40,000 nt of DNA from an uncultured phage cr3_1. The notes beneath the pieces are model-generated. The model ran no database searches and was not told the origin of the DNA. It saw only the letters and a list, made by a program, of their open reading frames with translations. Shown here in pieces: positions 29,226-37,332 of this stretch. The DNA is taken from sequence record MT774381.1; one strand, 5' to 3'. The stretch's first letter is position 1. Each line of letters begins with the position of its first letter. The translations under genes and the position numbers were made by a program.

Positions 29226-29297
29226 TAGCCTAACAGAGATTCGAACTCTGATTTCGAGAATGAAAATCTCGCGTCCTAACCCTTAGACGAAAAGGCC
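29226..29297 (-). tRNA. tRNA-Glu(UUC)
   Basis: GGCCTTTTCGTCTAAGGGTTAGGACGCGAGATTTTCATTCTCGAAATCAGAGTTCGAATCTCTGTTAGGCT; anticodon TTC; acceptor stem imperfect (two U-U). Confidence 0.8.
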
Positions 29298-29310
29298 AAT
29301 AAAAATATGT

Positions 29311-29379
29311 TGTTCTACCAAGATTCGAACTTGAAATTTCAGAACCAAAATCTGACGTGTTACCATTACACCATAGAAC
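29311..29379 (-). tRNA. tRNA-Gln(UUG)
   Basis: GTTCTATGGTGTAATGGTAACACGTCAGATTTTGGTTCTGAAATTTCAAGTTCGAATCTTGGTAGAAC; anticodon TTG. Confidence 0.85.
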
Positions 29380-29384
29380 AATTT

Positions 29385-29450
29385 TTGTAGCATTGAATCT
29401 ATCATGCTCTAAAATGGCAGATTGTATAACATGATAGGCCAATGCTACAA
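29385..29450 (-). ncRNA. Candidate structured RNA, 66 nt (element B)
   Basis: TTGTAGCATTG/CAATGCTACAA (11 bp) enclosing CTATCATG/CATGATAG (8 bp). Strand assumed from context. Confidence 0.5.
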
Positions 29451-29476
29451 TATAAGTTAAAGTAGTTCATATTTCA

Positions 29477-29491
29477 TCCCCCGTAGAGGAA
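29477..29491. repeat. Dispersed element, intergenic
   Basis: TCCCCCGTAGAGGAA. Confidence 0.8.
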
Positions 29492-29502
29492 TACACACGA
29501 CC

Positions 29503-29670
29503 TTACTTCTTACTTGCAGGAAACTTACCAAGTTTATAAGCTGCAAATGCAGCAACAACTCCAAGAATAACATTAGCGACTACAACCCAAGTGTTCATAG
29601 TCTTAATATCAATAACCCCTAAAATACAAATAGCGGCAATCATAAGCACGCTCCACCAAAACTTGTTCAT
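29503..29670 (-). CDS. Small membrane protein (55 aa), absent from supplied track
   Basis: MNKFWWSVLMIAAICILGVIDIKTMNTWVVVANVILGVVAAFAAYKLGKFPASKK*. Confidence 0.6.
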   Translation of the reverse strand: MNKFWWSVLMIAAICILGVIDIKTMNTWVVVANVILGVVAAFAAYKLGKFPASKK

Positions 29671-29695
29671 AAGCAAAAACAATTAAATTAACAAA

Positions 29696-29827
29696 TTAAT
29701 AACCGAGTTTATCTGCCATTTCATTATCTTCATCAGAAACTTGTTCAGGTTCAAAGCCTACTTCATCATAATCCGTATCATAAAGTTCGGAGTTAATTTC
29801 TATTCCATCCGGGTCATAATCTCTCAT
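29696..29827 (-). CDS. Small acidic protein (43 aa), absent from supplied track
   Basis: MRDYDPDGIEINSELYDTDYDEVGFEPEQVSDEDNEMADKLGY*. Confidence 0.5.
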   Translation of the reverse strand: MRDYDPDGIEINSELYDTDYDEVGFEPEQVSDEDNEMADKLGY

Positions 29828-29836
29828 AGTTAAATA

Positions 29837-30418
29837 TTATTCTTCTTTCGTTGCAATAGTTTCAACTATTTCAGCAATTTCCTTGTCGTTAGTAACTTCA
29901 CTGATTTCAGTGTTAAGTTCAATTTCAAGGAAATTGTTAATAGTCTTATTTGCAGAGTTTGCAAAACTTGTAAATGCGCTTACAAGAGCCTTAATAAAGA
30001 AAGACTCTGTATAACGATATTCACGGGACAGTCCACCAGCCTTAACGGCAAACTTGTTCCAAAGAAAGTCAACGTAACCTTTCTTACCACGCAGTTCATT
30101 CTTCTGATGAAGATAGTTAAGAATAGCGAGAGAAGTGAAACGACGAATCTCTGCGTTATCCTTAACAATACATGCCAGCTCAAGTACATGAGTAGGAATG
30201 TTTTTAACCGCAGGATTCTCTTTAAGTTTACGGGCAATCTTACCGAGCTTATTTTCCTTTTCAGTTTTTACAAACTGAGGACGATTTTCTCCTTCATCGT
30301 TAGGAAGCTCTTGTTCGACCATAGGTTCGTTGTTTTCAGCAGGCACTTCTTTTACCTCTTTAACTTCTTGTTTTTTGGCAACAACTTGTGCCTTTTCTGC
30401 TACTTTTTCAGTATTCAT
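29837..30418 (-). CDS. Hypothetical protein, high-expression style codons
   Basis: 193 aa; codon usage distinct from neighbours. Confidence 0.7.
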   Translation of the reverse strand: MNTEKVAEKAQVVAKKQEVKEVKEVPAENNEPMVEQELPNDEGENRPQFVKTEKENKLGKIARKLKENPAVKNIPTHVLELACIVKDNAEIRRFTSLAILNYLHQKNELRGKKGYVDFLWNKFAVKAGGLSREYRYTESFFIKALVSAFTSFANSANKTINNFLEIELNTEISEVTNDKEIAEIVETIATKEE

Positions 30419-30593
30419 AATAATAGTAATATAAAATTGTGGTTTATTATTAAATCAGTGTAAAGATAAATCTTTATTTTGTAATATGCAACTATATAAT
30501 AATATTTTTTACTCAATAACCGATAATAATGCTATTAGTTGGAAATATGATAATATAAATACAATAAACAGCAATATAATCCATTATATAAAG

Positions 30594-30630
30594 TAAAAAT
30601 AGTAGTGCCAGCTATTACACCAGCACTACT
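30594..30630 (-). terminator. Intrinsic terminator downstream of ORF 30640..31200
   Basis: Minus strand AGTAGTGCTGG-TGTAATAG-CTGGCACTACT then ATTTTTAC. Confidence 0.75.
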
Positions 30631-30639
30631 AATATATAG

Positions 30640-31200
30640 CTACAAATCCAGCATCTTGTCCATAAGACGACTTGCTGCAATTTCTCCCATCTTACCGAAA
30701 CGAACTCGGATAAGATTATTGATAATAGTGTCATGGTCGTAAGTAACACCTTCAACATTCTCACGAGTGCTAAAAGGATTACGATACGTAACACCAGCGG
30801 GAATCTCACTCTGAACAATGTCAATAGTGGAACCTGCGAACAGTAGAGGAAGAGCAGTAGGATGGTTCAGAAGATGATTAGCAATCCATGCCTTTTCGTC
30901 ATCTTCTTTGAGTGCGCCACAAATGGCAAAGAGAGAAGTGAAAATAACATTAGTCATACCCTCTTTGTAAGTACCGGTTTCTTCATCGCGAACATAACCA
31001 CGAATTTTGTTTGCGAGAGTAAAGGAAACCATAGTATAGTTATCCTTTTCAGTAAAGTTCGCGTTCTTAACACGAATACCCGGAATCTTTTTGCCACCGG
31101 CAGCAATGATACCTTTAACGATGGCATCATAATCGCTTGTTTTAACTTCAGGCTGAACAGCAGCAGCTTGTTCTACACCTTGTACAACAGGTTGTTCCAT
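30640..31200 (-). CDS. Hypothetical protein, high-expression style codons
   Basis: 186 aa; own terminator. Confidence 0.7.
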   Translation of the reverse strand: MEQPVVQGVEQAAAVQPEVKTSDYDAIVKGIIAAGGKKIPGIRVKNANFTEKDNYTMVSFTLANKIRGYVRDEETGTYKEGMTNVIFTSLFAICGALKEDDEKAWIANHLLNHPTALPLLFAGSTIDIVQSEIPAGVTYRNPFSTRENVEGVTYDHDTIINNLIRVRFGKMGEIAASRLMDKMLDL

Positions 31201-31253
31201 AATAATTTAATAATTAATGTTAATTTAGATACTGTTAAAGCCGTATCTATCGC

Positions 31254-31469
31254 TTATGCTGAATGTAGTGTTTCGAATATTTCTGTTATTAATTGAAACA
31301 TTATAGTTATTAAGCACGTAAATAGTACTTTTGATAACGTTTGAAAGAAGAAAAGTTTTTTCTCTGTTTTAATTTCAAGTTTTTCTACTTTTATAATGTA
31401 TGTTATTATGTCTGTGCATATTATTATAGAAAATATTATTGCTAATATGAATCCAGTTATGTTATCCAT
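31254..31469 (-). CDS. Small membrane protein
   Basis: 71 aa, hydrophobic N-terminal segment. Confidence 0.5.
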   Translation of the reverse strand: MDNITGFILAIIFSIIICTDIITYIIKVEKLEIKTEKKLFFFQTLSKVLFTCLITIMFQLITEIFETLHSA

Positions 31470-31497
31470 AGGTAAAGTTTAATGTATTTTTAATGAT

Positions 31498-31515
31498 GTT
31501 CCCCCGTAAAGGAAT
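31498..31515. repeat. Dispersed element, intergenic, inverted relative to the 31581 copy
   Basis: GTTCCCCCGTAAAGGAAT. Confidence 0.8.
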
Positions 31516-31530
31516 GAATCCAACTCGATT

Positions 31531-31647
31531 TTATACTATTGTTGATGTTAATAAGGCAAGTACAGATGTGTCTCGGTGTAGTTCCTCTACGGGGGTGCAA
31601 ATAAGAGCAAATAATATCAAAAGTACAAATACTAACAAATACGACAT
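31531..31647 (-). CDS. Tiny hydrophobic ORF (38 aa) containing element as CTPVEE
   Basis: MSYLLVFVLLILFALICTPVEELHRDTSVLALLTSTIV*. Confidence 0.35.
   Translation of the reverse strand: MSYLLVFVLLILFALICTPVEELHRDTSVLALLTSTIV
31581..31600. repeat. Dispersed element
   Basis: GTTCCTCTACGGGGGTGCAA. Confidence 0.8.
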
Positions 31648-31778
31648 TATAATTTTTTCAGTTTCTTATATTTTCTATATTGTTTATATTCTTTAATAGC
31701 TACATAAGATGCTATAATAGTTGATCCTATTGTTACTACTAAAGATATACATATTACAATTATTTTTATTGAATCCAT
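31647..31778 (-). CDS. Small membrane protein (43 aa), absent from supplied track
   Basis: MDSIKIIVICISLVVTIGSTIIASYVAIKEYKQYRKYKKLKKL*. Confidence 0.5.
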   Translation of the reverse strand: MDSIKIIVICISLVVTIGSTIIASYVAIKEYKQYRKYKKLKKL

Positions 31779-31781
31779 AAG

Positions 31782-32030
31782 CTATGACGTTAATATCATT
31801 AATAATAATGGTAAACCCCATACTAACATGAATGCTATAAATATAGCCATCCCATCTGATGATTTTTCATATTTATCTGGGTCTGTATTTTTGTATATTA
31901 AAAATACTATTACTATTACTACAATAGTTAATATAATCCAAGGTAGAATTTCTGCTCCTTGTTCTGATAAAGAAGAGCCTCGTGAATATGATGTATAATC
32001 TGCTAATTTTCCTCCTGCGTATAATAACAT
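31782..32030 (-). CDS. Small two-TM membrane protein
   Basis: 82 aa; two strongly hydrophobic segments. Confidence 0.55.
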   Translation of the reverse strand: MLLYAGGKLADYTSYSRGSSLSEQGAEILPWIILTIVVIVIVFLIYKNTDPDKYEKSSDGMAIFIAFMLVWGLPLLLMILTS

Positions 32031-32040
32031 AAGTTGTGAT

Positions 32041-32187
32041 TTATTTTGTTGGTATTTTAAATACTTTTTTAATTATTGTAGTTAGAATCCATATTACAGC
32101 TATTAATTGTAACATAATTATTGCTATTACTATTGTATAAAGAGTGATTTCTAATAGTAATGCAGTTACTAATGTTATTGTATCCAT
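32041..32187 (-). CDS. Small membrane protein (48 aa), absent from supplied track
   Basis: MDTITLVTALLLEITLYTIVIAIIMLQLIAVIWILTTIIKKVFKIPTK*. Confidence 0.5.
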   Translation of the reverse strand: MDTITLVTALLLEITLYTIVIAIIMLQLIAVIWILTTIIKKVFKIPTK

Positions 32188-32827
32188 AGTTTATCTTGTT
32201 TTGAGTTGTTTAAAGGTTGAAATTATATATGATTTTGGGTTAGGATAAACTTTGTAATGAAAATAGTAATGAACTTAATAAAAATAAGAACGATAAAGGA
32301 AAAGTTCAATGAAAGTTCAATTATTTGTTTAAAAGGGTTTTAAGGTTGGAATAATAAAAGGACGAAAAAGAGTAATGTTTAACAGGAATAAGAATATTGT
32401 GGAGATGATGATGAAAGGAGAAGTGGAATGAAGAATTAATGGTGGGGAATCAGATTCTCCAACTTACTCTTTCTCTTTCTCTTAATCTTATTCTTATTCC
32501 ACCTATTTATCGTTAAGGAGCAGGTTACTAATGATTTTGCTATTGTAAAATCCACTAAACAATATGCTAACCTCACTAATAATCCCACTCCTTTTGCTAT
32601 TATTCAATTTAAAGGAATAGATTATGGATAGTTTTGTTACTAAACCCAGTGCTGATAACTATGATTTAGCTATCCATAATGCTATTCCTATAGAAACAGG
32701 AGAATTTAATACCGATTCTGAATCTGAAAATATAGAAGTTAATAATGATTTTGTATATAATTCTCCTGTTGTTATTTCTTATGATTTTGTTACTATTGAT
32801 TTTACAAGAGCGTTTGTAGGTGAATGC

Positions 32828-32844
32828 ATCCCTCTACGGGGGAA
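32828..32844. repeat. Dispersed element
   Basis: ATCCCTCTACGGGGGAA. Confidence 0.75.
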
Positions 32845-32958
32845 TAAATAAGGTCAAATAATAACAAATCTTACTATTGGTTTTCTTACTCCTGTTATTT
32901 ATGAATGATTTTATTAATTTTAAATATGATTTTGTTATTGATTTTATTAGTGGAGAAT

Positions 32959-33219
32959 TTAGTTACGATATTTAAAGACCACTTTTCGAATTTCAATAAT
33001 ATGTTTACCATATCTATTTTCAATATCTTTAACAAAAGATTGATTAATAAAATCACCTAATCTTATTTTATTATGATAAACATAAGGGAGAGCATTTATA
33101 AGTTTATCTATTTGATTGTTCGTTAAATAATCCTGTGGGTTGTCAAAAGTAAACTTTTGAACAACACCACCTTCAAAGGCAACTGTAACTTTAAGAATAT
33201 AATCTTTTACTTCATTCAT
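32959..33219 (-). CDS. Hypothetical protein
   Basis: 86-codon ORF. Confidence 0.6.
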   Translation of the reverse strand: MNEVKDYILKVTVAFEGGVVQKFTFDNPQDYLTNNQIDKLINALPYVYHNKIRLGDFINQSFVKDIENRYGKHIIEIRKVVFKYRN

Positions 33220-33576
33220 ATCATTGATATTTATTAGTTATAAAACCGTTAATAAAACCGTTAATAAAACAAATATTATAGCAATCATTAATAAAATTAT
33301 TCATTGTGTAATATCCGTTTTTCGGTCATTTTTTCCTCAATATATGTATATTTTACTATCGTAAAATATATATACATATATTGGTTTTTTTTCGTTAGAG
33401 CAACATAATCATTAGCGTAATCATCAGTTACTTTACTACCAGCGACAGCATGGCAGTTACCCTTTGTGTCTCGTCCATTACGACCACTAATTACGAGCAC
33501 TATATAGAACGCTTAATATCATGTCCTATATTGCTCGGATTCTTTCTTGTTATTATATGAGGGTAAAAAACAGAAA

Positions 33577-33605
33577 GGAGAGAAGCGGTTATTCACCGCC
33601 TCTCC
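33577..33605 (-). terminator. Intrinsic terminator downstream of ORF 33613..34125
   Basis: Minus strand GGAGAGGCGGTGAATAACCGCTTCTCTCC then TTTCTGTTTTTT. Confidence 0.8.
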
Positions 33606-33612
33606 CGTTGTA

Positions 33613-34125
33613 TCACAGCTGGTTCATCAGCAGCTGCATCTGCATGTTCTCCAGCAGTTTTACCTGCTTGTCGAGCAGTTTGACCTCTTTGATGTTGGTC
33701 GAGAAACCCTCGTGCTCGTGGACAGCATCATCGCCGTCATACGTTTTGTACGGATCGCCAGCAGCGAATTGAATACGTTCAATCACGAACTCTGCACCAC
33801 GACAGAGAATCTGCAATTGAGCAGCATTGATTCCGCCACTCACACCCTGACGAATAGCACGCTCGCGAGCATCAACGTGGAGATCTGCAAGTTCAGGCAG
33901 ACAGTTGATGAGTTGAGCGATAGCTACGTTAGGCAGGAAATCGACGTATTCAGCAGTGGCCAAAACATTCTGGCCATCTTCTCCACGACGATACGCAGGA
34001 AAAGAATCTGCAAAGTTGAAACGGTAGCGAATACCGTCAACACCTTCGTACACACTAACGCGGACCAGTTTGGTCTTCACGATAGTAACAGCGGTAGTAA
34101 CCGCATCTTTGGTTTGAGTTGCCAT
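33613..34125 (-). CDS. Hypothetical protein, high-expression style codons
   Basis: 170 aa, C/G-ending codons, own terminator. Confidence 0.7.
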   Translation of the reverse strand: MATQTKDAVTTAVTIVKTKLVRVSVYEGVDGIRYRFNFADSFPAYRRGEDGQNVLATAEYVDFLPNVAIAQLINCLPELADLHVDARERAIRQGVSGGINAAQLQILCRGAEFVIERIQFAAGDPYKTYDGDDAVHEHEGFSTNIKEVKLLDKQVKLLENMQMQLLMNQL

Positions 34126-34244
34126 AACAACATTACGTGCTCCTTTGGCACGGGCATTAGAATTAACGACAGTCGTATTGCCAGTACAACTTGCCGGTGC
34201 ATCACTACGATGCCAAATTCTTTATTGTTATTATAAGAGGGAAG

Positions 34245-34295
34245 ACAAAAAATATTGGTGATAACAACTCAATGAGAGCTGTCATCACCAATATA
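34245..34295 (-). terminator. Intrinsic terminator overlapping the 3' end of ORF 34269..34514
   Basis: Near-perfect 20-bp stem AATATTGGTGATAACAACTC / GAGCTGTCATCACCAATATT, 5-nt loop, T-run on minus strand. Confidence 0.75.
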
Positions 34296-34514
34296 TTCTA
34301 CATATTCAACGACAAGGTTTATTTTCCTATTATCGGTGATATTGTTATAGACCTTGTAATAAGGCGTATTAACAATCGGTGTATCTTCGAAACGAACATG
34401 ATGTTTGTCGTAAATAATCTTACGAGCCATTTGCTCTTTGTCAAAACTATCTACAACACAAACGTTGCAACTTTTGTGATGTACGTGTTCACCTGTTAAA
34501 CTAATAAGTACCAT
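34269..34514 (-). CDS. Hypothetical protein
   Basis: 81-codon ORF. Confidence 0.5.
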   Translation of the reverse strand: MVLISLTGEHVHHKSCNVCVVDSFDKEQMARKIIYDKHHVRFEDTPIVNTPYYKVYNNITDNRKINLVVEYVEYIGDDSSH

Positions 34515-34557
34515 AATATGGATATTTTTATATTAAACAATACGCAAAATTATAATA

Positions 34558-34588
34558 ATAGCAATGGTGTGTATAACACCATTGCTAT
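34558..34588 (-). terminator. Terminator-like hairpin downstream of ORF 34592..34783
   Basis: ATAGCAATGGTGT/ACACCATTGCTAT stem. Confidence 0.6.
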
Positions 34589-34591
34589 CGG

Positions 34592-34783
34592 TTATTTACT
34601 GAATGCATTTGCCAACTTCTCTGCGAATACCATCAGGTTCCACATCAGCAACGGTAGCGCTACTATTGAGCCACAGAAGTAGAACACGTTGTTGTTCTCA
34701 ATGGCCAATACGATAACCACAATGCATATAATCATACACACGATGTGGTTGATGAAGTTCAGGATTCCAATGTACTTTTTCAT
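34592..34783 (-). CDS. Small two-TM membrane protein
   Basis: 63 aa, hydrophobic. Confidence 0.5.
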   Translation of the reverse strand: MKKYIGILNFINHIVCMIICIVVIVLAIENNNVFYFCGSIVALPLLMWNLMVFAEKLANAFSK

Positions 34784-35351
34784 AGTGGATTTTAGTTACA
34801 GCAATGAAACGTTCAATGCCAAATTCTTTATTGTTATTATTGGGAGGGATGGCAGTAGTTCTATCAACATCTTTATTTATTTTTATAATAATATAATCAT
34901 CATCGAATTAATTTGATTTTGTATAAACAAGTACGGGGGGAGTTCAAGTCCAATCCAAGACCCCGGGGTTCATATACAATAGGTCCCCTCTCTTAAACAT
35001 ATACACTACAATTTACTATCTCCATCTTAAACTCAAATAGCATCTCCACCTTAATCTTACATAACAACTCAAACTTAAACCAAAATAACAATTTTCATTT
35101 AAACTCAAATAACATCTTCAACTTAAACTCTTAATCTTATATGTCGCACAATATTTATATCATTTCCTTTTAATCTCCTAAATTATCTTCCACTTAAAAT
35201 TTATTATTAACTTCTTTCTATCTACCCTTATAAAAATAATTCATTTCATAATCTCTTTATTCATTAAAATTAACTATTGTTTTACAATACATTTCTCCAT
35301 AATTAAAATAGTTCTTTTTATCATTACATTTCCCCTTTCCAATCCTACACC

Positions 35352-35390
35352 CACAAAAAGAAAGTCGGACCTAAGCCCGACTCTTTATCA
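35352..35390. terminator. Terminator upstream of the G-poor intergenic region
   Basis: AGTCGG-ACCTAAGC-CCGACT; minus strand followed by TTTCTTTTTG. Confidence 0.7.
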
Positions 35391-35599
35391 GATTATCAAA
35401 TCTATAATATAAAATATAATCATAACTACTATAACTATGGCAGGTATCACCAACATAGTCAATCCTCCTATTTCATTTTCTTTATCCATATCATCCAATT
35501 CCAAGAATTGTACATCCAGTATGAATAACTGCTCCAATAACAACTACAATAATTAATAACAATAATATCATCATTATTAATCCTATCCTCCAAACTATT

Positions 35600-35821
35600 T
35601 TATTTTTCATCATTCATAGTTTTTAAATAAGTATCCCAATTATAATAAATGTCGACAAGAAAATTATACATATCTTTTCCTGTAAGGTCAAAACGTTCCA
35701 TAACCATAAGTGTAATAGTAGATAAAGAATAACCACGATCCTTTTTAAGATTATTCATTATATGATAAAGTTTATCAATATCTTGAATAGAAAGATTAAA
35801 CTTATTATTTATAAAATCCAT
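35600..35821 (-). CDS. Hypothetical protein
   Basis: 73-codon ORF. Confidence 0.5.
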   Translation of the reverse strand: MDFINNKFNLSIQDIDKLYHIMNNLKKDRGYSLSTITLMVMERFDLTGKDMYNFLVDIYYNWDTYLKTMNDEK

Positions 35822-35833
35822 AGTAATTATAAA

Positions 35834-35959
35834 TTAATCATTATTACAAATACTACAATAAGAACCTCGCTCTTTAAGAGTTTCATCAATTAAATCATCA
35901 ACACTACCAACATCTTCTTCATTGATGATTTCTACTTCTTCATTTTCATAATCATTCAT
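35834..35959 (-). CDS. Small acidic protein with Cys pair (41 aa), absent from supplied track
   Basis: MNDYENEEVEIINEEDVGSVDDLIDETLKERGSYCSICNND*. Confidence 0.45.
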   Translation of the reverse strand: MNDYENEEVEIINEEDVGSVDDLIDETLKERGSYCSICNND

Positions 35960-36006
35960 AATAATATTATTTAGGTATTAGAATATTACACAATATAACA
36001 TTTTTA

Positions 36007-36037
36007 TTTGGTATTGACAAAATTATTTGTATATTTG
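36007..36037 (+). promoter_or_regulatory. Bacteroides-type promoter for the rightward block
   Basis: TTTG (36007-36010), 19-nt spacer, TATATTTG (36030-36037) matching -33 TTTG / -7 TAnnTTTG; start codon at 36068. Confidence 0.65.
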
Positions 36038-36067
36038 TACATAAATAATTGTTAAATTTATATTGCT

Positions 36068-36526
36068 ATGTATTTAATTGGTAATAATTTTGATGGCCAA
36101 GTTATAGACGAAGCCAATTATAAAGTTTATGGTAAACAACAAGTTATTAATCTTGCTGTTCCTAAAAGTGTTATTTCTACTACAAAGAAATTTGTTATTA
36201 TTGCAAGTATGTTATATGAGTTGAATCATAACGAAACTGTTGTTTATGGTAATATTATTTCTACTCTTCGTAACTTTTATACTAAAGGTATTAATACTCG
36301 TATTATTAAATTTGATGATAAGTTTTTCTTAAAGTGTGAAGCGGAACATGGTATTAATAGACGTAATGCAAGAAACGCTATCAATATGCTTATTAAAAAA
36401 GAAATACTTGGACAAATGATTACACCTAATAAGAAATTATATACTGACCGTGCTATACTTAATCCTAATCGTACTCCTGATAATGTTATTGAAAGTAATG
36501 TTGAATGTATAGTTATTACTCTTTGA
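36068..36526 (+). CDS. Hypothetical protein, possible replication/regulatory winged-helix type
   Basis: 152 aa; first gene of rightward block. Confidence 0.6.
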   Translation: MYLIGNNFDGQVIDEANYKVYGKQQVINLAVPKSVISTTKKFVIIASMLYELNHNETVVYGNIISTLRNFYTKGINTRIIKFDDKFFLKCEAEHGINRRNARNAINMLIKKEILGQMITPNKKLYTDRAILNPNRTPDNVIESNVECIVITL

Positions 36527-36716
36527 CATCTTTATAATATTATAAAATAAAAGCGTTTTTATTTGGTACTTATATAAATATTGATTAAATTTATTCCATT
36601 GTTTCATTTTAATATTTATATTTATATGGTACTAATTAATACTACTCAAACAAAACTTAAAGAGGGTGATGCAGAAGTTCCTCCTATTAAACGTATAACA
36701 ATTAAACAACAAAGAA

Positions 36717-37289
36717 ATGATTAAATTAGAAAGTAAATTAAAAGACTATTCACTTTTGATTCCCACAAGTGTTAAGGAAATTACTCCCGAACATTATGAA
36801 GCTATGCTAAATAGTCTTATTCTCCAAGATCATTATTGTGTTATTGCTCTTGTACATAAGATTAAATTATTTAGTCTTGCAAGTGTAGTTAATGCTAAAA
36901 ATCCTCCCACGGTTGAAGTTGTTCCTATTATTGCAAAGGTTTGTACACCTAATGAAGATATTAAAGAAAGACTGAAAATTGGTTATCGAGCAGTTATCAA
37001 TAGAAGTTCTCTTGAAATGGGTACTCATTATAATTCTGCTGGTAATGATATTACTTTAACAGCAGTTAATAGTTTTATTGATGATGACAAAGAATTGCGA
37101 AATGATATTATAACTGGAGATTATTTCAAAGAAGAAGGCAAAGCTATTATTGATAGTAAAAATGCAAGTCCTAAATGCTGTTTTGTTGAGTTTAAGATTG
37201 TACCTATTAATAATGTTATTGGAGCTTATGAAATAGGCGGAAATAAACTCCATCCTTTTGTTGAAAAGAATAACGAAAGTGTTAATTAA
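36717..37289 (+). CDS. Hypothetical protein
   Basis: 190-codon ORF. Confidence 0.6.
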   Translation: MIKLESKLKDYSLLIPTSVKEITPEHYEAMLNSLILQDHYCVIALVHKIKLFSLASVVNAKNPPTVEVVPIIAKVCTPNEDIKERLKIGYRAVINRSSLEMGTHYNSAGNDITLTAVNSFIDDDKELRNDIITGDYFKEEGKAIIDSKNASPKCCFVEFKIVPINNVIGAYEIGGNKLHPFVEKNNESVN

Positions 37290-37332
37290 CAATATATTGA
37301 TTTTAGAGCTGGTATGAATAATGGAACGTGGT

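Noticed and set aside
29385-29450. Interpreting structure B as a tRNA
   Set aside because: Despite strong closing stems, no acceptable D, anticodon and T arms were found by hand; left as a candidate structured RNA.
33547-34236. 229-aa plus-strand ORF
   Set aside because: Antisense to ORF 33613..34125 (-), which has a downstream terminator and consistent direction.
34921-34990. tRNA-like GAGTTCAAGTCC near 34940
   Set aside because: No acceptor or anticodon arms could be assembled around it.
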